The notes under the pieces are model-generated. The model was not told where the DNA came from, made no database searches, and saw only the letters and a list, made by a program, of their open reading frames with translations. Both the position numbers and the translations under genes were made by a program. A stretch of DNA of 33,583 nt, taken from NCBI GenBank assembly GCA_947254465.1, contig CAMYEU010000001.1:1-33583 (forward strand), given 5' to 3'. Source of the DNA: an uncultured Gemella sp. (GTDB lineage: Bacteria > Bacillota > Bacilli > Staphylococcales > Gemellaceae). Positions 18,348-26,584 of the stretch are shown here, piece by piece (position 1 is the first letter of the stretch; each line of letters opens with the position of its first letter).

Positions 18348-21300
18348 ATGACAATTAATAAAACAGAGAAATTCAAATTAAGAAAAAGTAAGAAATATAA
18401 AAATTTAGTATCAGTAGGACTTGGAGTTATGACGGCGGTTGCGATTGGTGTTGCGAGCGATAATGAAGCATACGCAAGCGATCAAACGATTGGAAATGCA
18501 ACTAATTCTACTACAACTCAACCACCAGCAAACAAAGTGCAAAGTGATAATTTAGCAAATACTAATACATCAACTGGAGCTGTAAATATTAATATTGATA
18601 ATTCAAATGTGAGAAATGCGGTAAATAAAGCTAGAAGTGAAGGTATTAATGTAGTAGAAAAAACTCAAGATTTAGGAGTAACTACAAGTACAGATGAAAC
18701 AACTCGAAAACGAAATGAAGCAATAGAACAAAATAAAGCAGAAGAAAACAAAATAAATGAAGTAATAAATAATTATAAAAAAGAAAAAGAAGCTAATCAG
18801 AATGCGATAAATACAGCTACGAGTGAAAACAGAGAAAAGCAAGCTCAGTATGAGAAAGATTTAGCAAACTATAATAAAGAAAAAGCAGAAATAGAGAAAT
18901 TTAATAATAATGCAAAAGCAGAAAATAAAAGAAAAACTGATGAATATAATAATCGAGTTGCTGATATAAATAGAGAAAATGAGAGTATTAGAACTGAAAA
19001 TTCAAAAAAAGAAAGAAGCTATCAAAACGCATTAGCTGAGTATAATAATCAAGTAGCTGAAATAGAGAGAGTGAAAAAAGAGGTTAAAACTACAAAACCA
19101 CTATTAGCCCAATCTGGAGGAATAGCGGTATATGGAAATTATAATCTTGCAGGGGCAGGGAGTACAGACTTTTATAAAGATTTAACAATTTTAGAAGATA
19201 ATAAAATAACGAACACAATAGCATTAGTAGATGGTATTCAGTGGAGAGATAATACAGAAGTTGAGAAAATATCTGGAAATTTTTCTAATGAAATGAAGGC
19301 TTCAAAATTATATAGCCTACGATATATAAAAACTGGAGATAAGTTTAAAATAAAAAATGTAGGAACAACTATTGATGGAAGAAATGTAAATCTAAATGTA
19401 ACTGCTGTAATAGGTAATCCAAGGGGGCAAAGTGTTGCTGGAGAGCCAGTATCTGAACAAGATTTACGTATAACTAGGGAACAATATAATTCAATTTATT
19501 TTGATTATGGTAATATGGAAAATATATCCTTAGTATTTAATTTAGTAGATGATAATGATAATAAATTGAAATTTGGATTAGGGACTTTAGTTGGTGATGT
19601 TGATGGAAATCAAGGTTCAAAATTACAATTTTCAGATTCTTCAAAATCAATAACTCCTCCGGGGTCAGAACTTGAGGAAAAAAATGGAACATTTTTTAGT
19701 AAATATAATGAACCATATTTAAATTTCAACAGCACCCCAAAAGGAACATATTTAACAATAGGGTATGGTGATTCATTAACATACACACATTATACAAGTG
19801 AAACATCCTTACCGTCAGATAATGAAAGAATAAAACATGACCAAATGATTGCAGAAAATAAAAAAAATAATATCAGAGAATACGCTATTGCTTTTAATTT
19901 ATTTGGAAAATCAGCTGAATTAAAAAAAATACCTAATCCTAGACCAGTTTCTAAACCTAAATTAGATCTAGAAAAGCCACTGCCTGAAAAACCAATATTA
20001 GAAACCTTAAAAGAAGAACCACCCAAACCAGAACAACCTACGCTAAAACCAATTCCTAGAGAAATAACTGCACCTACTGTAGGTTACACAACATTTAGAT
20101 TAGCGGAAAGACCACGGGTATTCAAGGAAGCTAGAAATTTAGATAATACAAATCTTGATAATAGTTTAGTAAGTAAAAACTCTACAGTTAAATTTACACT
20201 TAAAGTTGATAAACTTCCTGCAGGACGTGAAGCGTTAAATGTATTAGAATTTACAGATCATTTACCACAAGGGTATGTTATCGATGAAGCAACTGTAACT
20301 AGAGAGAATAATGCATTAGGTTATAACACTGCTTATGATAAAGCTAATCATACTGTAGTATTTAGTGCTAATTCTACACTGTTAAATAAATTAAATGCAA
20401 ATCTTAACGAGGTTGTTGATGTGGTAGCACCTACTGTTACCGGGACTGTGACTAATGATGGTGGTATTTATAAAAATAACTTTAAAATCAATTTAAATAA
20501 TAAATATACTACTCACAGTAACGTTGTTACAGTAAATACACCGAATGGTATTACACCTAACAAAGTTAATACAAATGCAGATAATTCTAACATCAATGGA
20601 AAGATTGTTGTAGCTGAAACTACAAACTATTACAAACTACTTTGGGATTTAGATCAATATAGAGGTATGAAACTTAGTAGAAACGATATTGCAAAAGGAT
20701 TTTATTATTTAGAAGATTATCCAGAAGAAGCAGTAACAATTAATAATAGATTAGTTAGCTTAGTTGATAGTAATGGGAAAGCAGTAACTGGAGTAGAAGT
20801 AAATAGTTATGATAATTTAGAAAATGCTCCAGAAAATGTAAAAACAATGCTTTCAAAAGCTAATATTACACCAAAAGGAGCATTCCAATTATTTACAGCA
20901 ACTAATCCAACTGATTTTTATAATAAATACGTTGTTACAGGAAATTCTATTAAGATAACGAATCCGATGGTAGTTAAAGATAGTTTAACTCAAACGGGTG
21001 GAGTATATGAGAATAAAGCATATCAAATTGATTTAGGAAATGGCTATGCAACAGGAACTGTTAGAAATATCGTGCCTAAAGTTGATACTAATAAACATAA
21101 TTATAATGAAGACGGAGTATTAATTGATGGAAAACAAGTAGTAGCTGGTACTACAAATCACTATAAATTAACTTGGGATTTAGACCAATATAGAGGTATG
21201 AGTGCTACAAATAGCGAAATAGCTAAAGGTTTCTTCTTTGTGGAAGACTACCCAGAAGAAGCATTGACTATTGATAACTCTAAAGTAACGATGTTAGATG

Positions 21301-24300
21301 GTAAAGGACAAGCAGTAACTGGAGTAGAAGTAAGTAACTATAATAGTTTAGAAAATGCACCAGAGGATATTAAACAGGCTCTAGTAAATGCGAAAATCGC
21401 ACCAAAAGGAGCATTCCAGTTGTTCAGAGCGACAAATGCGAAAGATTTCTTTAACAAATATGTACTTACAGGAAACTCAATTACAATAACAACACCAATG
21501 AAAGTAAAAGAAGAACTTACAACAACAGGTGGAACATACAATAATAAAGCGTATCAAGTTGATTTCGGTAAGGCTTTTGAAACAAATATCGTAACTAATA
21601 TTGTTCCAAAAGTAACACCAGAAAAACATAACACAAATGAAGATGGAGTTGTAGTTGATGGAAAACAAATAGTCGCAGGAACGATAAATTACTACAAATT
21701 AACTTGGGATTTAACACCATATAGAGGTGTAGTACCAACAAGAAATGAACTTAACAAAGGTTTCTTCTTTGTAGAAGATTATCCAGAAAAAGAAGTAACT
21801 ATTGATAACTCAAAAGTTACTGTGGTAGACAGCAAAGGACAAGCAGTAACTGGAGTAGAAGTAAGTAGTTATAATAGCTTAGAAGAAGCACCAGAAAATG
21901 TAAAAACAATGCTTTCAAAAGCTAATATTACACCAAAAGGAGCATTCCAATTATTTAATGCTAGTTCTCCAATGGACTTTTTCAATAAATATGCATCTGT
22001 AGGAAACTCAATCACAATAACAACACCGATGACAGTAAAAGAAGAACTTACAACAACAGGTGGTACAATAAGAAATAAAGGGTATCAAATTGATTTTGGT
22101 AAAGGACGTGAAACTGAAATAATTACAAATGAAATTCCAAAAGTAACACCAGAAAAACATAATACAAATGAAGATGGGGTAGTAGTAGACGGAAAACAAG
22201 TAGTCGCAGGAACAACAAATCACTACAAACTAACTTGGGATTTAGATCAATACAGAAATATGACCGCAACAAGTCGTGAAGTGGCTAGAGGCTTTTTTGT
22301 TGTAGAAGATTATCCAGAAGAAGCGTTAACTATTGATAATTCAAAAGTAAAAATGGTGGATAGTAAAGGACAAGCAGTAACTGGAGTAGAAGTATTGAGT
22401 TATGATAGTGTAGAAAATGCACCAGATGATATTAAAAAATCTTTAACAAATGCAAAAATCGCACCAAAAGGAGCATTCCAATTATTCAGAGCGACAAATG
22501 CAAGAGATTTCTTTAACAAATATGTACTTACAGGAAACTCAATCACAATAACAACACCAATGACAGTAAAAGAAGAGCTTACAACAACAGGTGGAGTGTT
22601 TAACAATAAAATGTATCAAGTTGATTTTGGTAAAGGTCGAGAAGTTGAACATGAAGTAACTAATAATATTCCAAAAGTAGAACCGACTAAGCATAATACA
22701 AATAAAGATGGAGTTGTAATTGATGGTAAAGTTATTGCACCAGAAACTGTAAATAATTATAAGCTTCTGTGGGATTTAGATCAGTACAAAGGAGTTGTCG
22801 CAACAAGTCGTGAATTAGCTAAAGGATTCTACTTTGTAGAAGATTATCCAGAAGAAGCACTTGCGATTAATAATTCAAAAGTGACTATGATAGACAGCAA
22901 GGGACAAGCAGTAACTGGAGTAGAAGTATTAAGTTATGATAGTGTAGAAAATGCACCAGATGATATTAAAAAAGCTTTAGTGAATGCGAAAATCACACCG
23001 AAAGGAGCATTCCAAGTTTATAAAGCGACAAATTCAAGAGAATTTTATGATAAATACGTATTTACTGGAAATTCAATCACAATAACAAGTCCTATGACAA
23101 TGTTAGAAAGTGTAAATAAAAATGGAGCTGTTTATAATAATAAAGCATATCAAATTGATTTTGGTAAAGGACGTGAGACTGATGTAGTAACAAATACTGT
23201 ACCAAAATCAAACCCAGAAAAACACAACTTTAACGAGGATGGAGTTCTTATTGACGGCGGTTTAGTCCCAGTAGGTTCAACAACTGAATATAAGCTGACA
23301 TGGAAATTAAGCAATCTTCGTGATGTAGTAGGAACTAATGAGGCTATAAATAGAGGATTCTATTATATCGATGATTATCCAGAAGTACTTAAAACACTAG
23401 ATGATAGAATTAAAGTATTAGATTCTAACGGAAATGTAGTTAACGGTATAAAAGTTACAAAATACGATAATTTAGAACAAGCAAGTAGTGAAATTAAAGC
23501 TATTTTATCGAAAAACAATATCACACCAAAAGGAGCGTTCCAGGTATTTTCAGCAGAAAATCCAATAGAGTTTTATAATAACTATGTTAAAAAAGGTATT
23601 GATTTAACGATTGTTAATCCAATGCAGGTAACACAAGCACTTAAAGAAAATGGTGGAAGTTATCAAAACGTAGCGTATGAAATTGATTTTGGAGTTGCTC
23701 AAGTGACAGATACTATTACAAACACAGTTCCAAAAGTAAAACCTGTAAAACATAATTATAATGAAGATAACGTTAAAATTGATGGAAAAGTGGTACTTGC
23801 AGCTTCAAGAACTAATTATAAGTTAAACTGGAACTTATCAGCATATAAAAATGTAGAAGCATCAGACAAATACATTAAAAAAGGATTCTATTTTGTAGAC
23901 GATTATCCAGAAGAAGCACTAAACTTAGATGAGAAAAATATTACTATTACTGACGACAAAGGAAAAGCAGTAGTCGGAGTAGAAGTAGTAAATTATGAAA
24001 GTTTAGAAAAAGCACCAGAAGAAGTTAAAGCAGTTCTAAAAGAAGCTAAAGTAACTCCAAAAGGAGCATTCCAGTTATTTAAAGCAACTGATTCTAAACA
24101 ATTTTATAATGACTATGTTAAAACTGGAACTAATCTTACTATAACTAATCCAATGATAGTAAAACCAGAAATGGCAAGAAAAGATAGTAAAAAAGTTGTA
24201 GATGATAAAACTGAAAATAAAACAATAAAAGATGTAACAAAAGTGAATAACAGCGTTACAACTACAAACATTAAACCAGAAGTAGATAAAGCTATTGATG

Positions 24301-25181
24301 AGGCTGTAGAAAAAGAGAATAATATTCTTAATACTATTTCAAAAGTATCAGTTGAAAATACTGAAAAAGATAAAGTCACTAAAGGTAGTGGAAAAACCAC
24401 AGAATATAAAAATAGAGGATACCAAATTGACTTTGGTAATGGATATGAAACAGATGTAGTAGCTAATAATGTACCAAAAATTGATCCTATAAAAGATGTA
24501 GTAATTGATGTAAAAGGTAAAGAAAGCCTACAAGGAAAAGAAATAGAGCTAAATAAATTATTTAATTATAAATTAATTGGAACTGAAATTCCATCTAATA
24601 GAGGGACTAAACTTACTCAATATGGATTTAGTGATGATTACGATGAAAAAGCCGATAAATATCAAGCTAATTATAGAGTATTTTCTATGAAAGATATTAA
24701 ACTTACTGATGGAAGTATAATTAAACAAGACAGTGAGCTTACTAAATACACTACTCAAATTATGACAGATGGTAAAGTTGATATTGAGTTTGATAAAGAG
24801 TTCTTAGATAAAATTGATTTAGATAGTGAGTTCCAAGCTGAAGTTTACTTACAAATGGAGCGTATAGCAAGTGGTGAAGTTAAAAATACATTTATTCATA
24901 TGGTAAATGGAGTAGAAGAAACGTCTAACACAGTTATAACCTTTACTAAAGAACCAGAAAAACCAGTTGAACCAGAAAAACCAGTTGAACCAGAAAAACC
25001 AGAAGAGCCAAAACAACCAGAAATTCCAAAAGTGGAAGAAAAAACACCGAATAAGAGTACAGGAAAAGTATTACCAAATACAGGAGTAGCTGATACTGAT
25101 GGAACTTCAACAGCGATAGCATTAACCGCATTAGCGACTGCAGGATTTATCGCAAGAAGAAAAAAAGTTAAAAATTCATAA
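18348..25181 (+). CDS. Antigen I/II-family (SspB/PrgB/Bsp-like) LPXTG adhesin with seven tandem C2 domains
   Basis: Start moved to ATG 18348 (after AGAAAGGA). FKLRKSKKYK leader, helical A-like region, V-like region, Pro-rich region, C1, repeated YKLxWDLDQY...KGFxxxEDYPEEA...PKGAFQ modules, C3, then LPNTG, TM and basic tail. Confidence 0.93.
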   Translation: MTINKTEKFKLRKSKKYKNLVSVGLGVMTAVAIGVASDNEAYASDQTIGNATNSTTTQPPANKVQSDNLANTNTSTGAVNINIDNSNVRNAVNKARSEGINVVEKTQDLGVTTSTDETTRKRNEAIEQNKAEENKINEVINNYKKEKEANQNAINTATSENREKQAQYEKDLANYNKEKAEIEKFNNNAKAENKRKTDEYNNRVADINRENESIRTENSKKERSYQNALAEYNNQVAEIERVKKEVKTTKPLLAQSGGIAVYGNYNLAGAGSTDFYKDLTILEDNKITNTIALVDGIQWRDNTEVEKISGNFSNEMKASKLYSLRYIKTGDKFKIKNVGTTIDGRNVNLNVTAVIGNPRGQSVAGEPVSEQDLRITREQYNSIYFDYGNMENISLVFNLVDDNDNKLKFGLGTLVGDVDGNQGSKLQFSDSSKSITPPGSELEEKNGTFFSKYNEPYLNFNSTPKGTYLTIGYGDSLTYTHYTSETSLPSDNERIKHDQMIAENKKNNIREYAIAFNLFGKSAELKKIPNPRPVSKPKLDLEKPLPEKPILETLKEEPPKPEQPTLKPIPREITAPTVGYTTFRLAERPRVFKEARNLDNTNLDNSLVSKNSTVKFTLKVDKLPAGREALNVLEFTDHLPQGYVIDEATVTRENNALGYNTAYDKANHTVVFSANSTLLNKLNANLNEVVDVVAPTVTGTVTNDGGIYKNNFKINLNNKYTTHSNVVTVNTPNGITPNKVNTNADNSNINGKIVVAETTNYYKLLWDLDQYRGMKLSRNDIAKGFYYLEDYPEEAVTINNRLVSLVDSNGKAVTGVEVNSYDNLENAPENVKTMLSKANITPKGAFQLFTATNPTDFYNKYVVTGNSIKITNPMVVKDSLTQTGGVYENKAYQIDLGNGYATGTVRNIVPKVDTNKHNYNEDGVLIDGKQVVAGTTNHYKLTWDLDQYRGMSATNSEIAKGFFFVEDYPEEALTIDNSKVTMLDGKGQAVTGVEVSNYNSLENAPEDIKQALVNAKIAPKGAFQLFRATNAKDFFNKYVLTGNSITITTPMKVKEELTTTGGTYNNKAYQVDFGKAFETNIVTNIVPKVTPEKHNTNEDGVVVDGKQIVAGTINYYKLTWDLTPYRGVVPTRNELNKGFFFVEDYPEKEVTIDNSKVTVVDSKGQAVTGVEVSSYNSLEEAPENVKTMLSKANITPKGAFQLFNASSPMDFFNKYASVGNSITITTPMTVKEELTTTGGTIRNKGYQIDFGKGRETEIITNEIPKVTPEKHNTNEDGVVVDGKQVVAGTTNHYKLTWDLDQYRNMTATSREVARGFFVVEDYPEEALTIDNSKVKMVDSKGQAVTGVEVLSYDSVENAPDDIKKSLTNAKIAPKGAFQLFRATNARDFFNKYVLTGNSITITTPMTVKEELTTTGGVFNNKMYQVDFGKGREVEHEVTNNIPKVEPTKHNTNKDGVVIDGKVIAPETVNNYKLLWDLDQYKGVVATSRELAKGFYFVEDYPEEALAINNSKVTMIDSKGQAVTGVEVLSYDSVENAPDDIKKALVNAKITPKGAFQVYKATNSREFYDKYVFTGNSITITSPMTMLESVNKNGAVYNNKAYQIDFGKGRETDVVTNTVPKSNPEKHNFNEDGVLIDGGLVPVGSTTEYKLTWKLSNLRDVVGTNEAINRGFYYIDDYPEVLKTLDDRIKVLDSNGNVVNGIKVTKYDNLEQASSEIKAILSKNNITPKGAFQVFSAENPIEFYNNYVKKGIDLTIVNPMQVTQALKENGGSYQNVAYEIDFGVAQVTDTITNTVPKVKPVKHNYNEDNVKIDGKVVLAASRTNYKLNWNLSAYKNVEASDKYIKKGFYFVDDYPEEALNLDEKNITITDDKGKAVVGVEVVNYESLEKAPEEVKAVLKEAKVTPKGAFQLFKATDSKQFYNDYVKTGTNLTITNPMIVKPEMARKDSKKVVDDKTENKTIKDVTKVNNSVTTTNIKPEVDKAIDEAVEKENNILNTISKVSVENTEKDKVTKGSGKTTEYKNRGYQIDFGNGYETDVVANNVPKIDPIKDVVIDVKGKESLQGKEIELNKLFNYKLIGTEIPSNRGTKLTQYGFSDDYDEKADKYQANYRVFSMKDIKLTDGSIIKQDSELTKYTTQIMTDGKVDIEFDKEFLDKIDLDSEFQAEVYLQMERIASGEVKNTFIHMVNGVEETSNTVITFTKEPEKPVEPEKPVEPEKPEEPKQPEIPKVEEKTPNKSTGKVLPNTGVADTDGTSTAIALTALATAGFIARRKKVKNS
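20550..24480 (+). repeat. Seven diverged ~531-bp repeats encoding AgI/II C2 domains
   Basis: Module starts at about 20550, 21081, 21612, 22143, 22677, 23208 and 23736, with near-identical DNA blocks among modules 1-5. Confidence 0.9.
24951..25001 (+). repeat. 18-bp tandem repeat (EPEKPV), about 3 copies
   Basis: GAACCAGAAAAACCAGTT at 24951 and 24969; partial at 24987. Confidence 0.9.
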
Positions 25182-25193
25182 TATATAAATCTT

Positions 25194-25228
25194 GAGGTCT
25201 TTAGTGAAAAGCTAAAGACCTCTTTTTT
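25194..25228 (+). terminator. Strong intrinsic terminator after the adhesin gene
   Basis: GAGGTCTTTAG-tgaaaag-CTAAAGACCTC followed by T6. Confidence 0.9.
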
Positions 25229-25250
25229 ATTTTGTAAAGGAGTGAAGATA

Positions 25251-26582
25251 ATGGACGAAAGAGGAGTAAATCAAAGAACGTATAAAGATTTGAAAGCAGA
25301 TATATCACAACATACAGCAATTAATATAGGTTATTATTGGGAAGTTTTAAATGAAATACCAGGTGAAGTATTGATAGATACTATAAAAGAAATAGCTGTA
25401 AATGGCTGGATTAACAATAATACCAGTGAACAAGAGTTGAGAAATATGTTAATAACAGAATCTGTTAAAAATATGAGTTATCAAGAATTTAAAGATATAG
25501 CTCATTATTTTTTCGGTTTTGTACCAGACGATGAAGCGATGTTTCAAAGAGTTCAACCAATAGAAATAACAAGAGAAAATTATAATTATTTAGTTGAACA
25601 AAATAAAAAAGCCTTTGGATTAGAACAGGAGCTTAACGAGTTAAAAGATAAACAGAACAGTCTTGAAAATAAAATAAATAATGTGGAAACAATGATTGTT
25701 CCTTCTGAAAGTGAAGTAGTTGGAATAGATATGAAAAATGAAGAATTGTTAGTTTTAAACTCACCATTATATTCAATTATTGAAGAAGATTTAATTGTTG
25801 ACGACTATTTAATAAACGATTATCGATCAAGGGATAATGGAGATAAGCAAATAATAGATTACTTGAGAGATGAGTACAAAGAGATAGATTTATTAAGTAA
25901 AGAGTATATTTTAAATAATGATACTTTATATGGAGAAAAACTAATATTTAGCTATGATATTTATGAAATAGACTACGATTTGATAGATGAAGATCAATTT
26001 AAAACGCTTAGAGATTTCTATGACTTCGCTAAACAATTTGAATCTTTTAAAGAAGAGTATCCAATGTATCCAGACTATATTGAGAGTAAATACAATGATA
26101 TATATATATATCAAGATAACCCATTTAATAATTATTCTAGTAAAATTTTAAAAAATAAAATTAAAGATATTCAAAATGTGTTATCTAAGCATAATAAAAA
26201 ATTAATCACAAAAGATGTTACTGGTTATTCTCGAGGTGAAGAATGGAAGTTAGGTTATTTAGCAGATGAAAGCCAAGATAATAAATTGGTAGAAGCATAT
26301 TTAGAAAATTTTGTAGGAGCATGGTATAAAGGTACACTTGCGAGGCTTGAAACTATACCTTTTGAATCATTTGACAGAGGACAATTAGTAGGTGAATCAA
26401 CGGAAATAAATTATATTAATACTGATATTTTACCAATTAATAACAGAGAAAAATTAGAAAAAATAAAAGAGGTGTACCCTCATTTAAGACAATTTAAATC
26501 TAAAGAAGAAGTATTAAATAAAGAAAAAGAGAATAATAAAAAAATAGTGGAAAATAGAAGTAAAACTATAGGGGGAAGATAG
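25251..26582 (+). CDS. Hypothetical acidic multidomain protein
   Basis: Start moved to ATG 25251 (AAGGAG 8 nt upstream). Central coiled coil, Tyr/Asp/Glu-rich middle, basic C-terminal tail; family not recognised. Confidence 0.78.
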   Translation: MDERGVNQRTYKDLKADISQHTAINIGYYWEVLNEIPGEVLIDTIKEIAVNGWINNNTSEQELRNMLITESVKNMSYQEFKDIAHYFFGFVPDDEAMFQRVQPIEITRENYNYLVEQNKKAFGLEQELNELKDKQNSLENKINNVETMIVPSESEVVGIDMKNEELLVLNSPLYSIIEEDLIVDDYLINDYRSRDNGDKQIIDYLRDEYKEIDLLSKEYILNNDTLYGEKLIFSYDIYEIDYDLIDEDQFKTLRDFYDFAKQFESFKEEYPMYPDYIESKYNDIYIYQDNPFNNYSSKILKNKIKDIQNVLSKHNKKLITKDVTGYSRGEEWKLGYLADESQDNKLVEAYLENFVGAWYKGTLARLETIPFESFDRGQLVGESTEINYINTDILPINNREKLEKIKEVYPHLRQFKSKEEVLNKEKENNKKIVENRSKTIGGR

Positions 26583-26584
26583 TT

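Noticed and set aside
20550..24480. Repeats as a diversity-generating retroelement or shufflon
   Set aside because: No reverse transcriptase or recombinase; all repeats are in-frame, direct protein domains.
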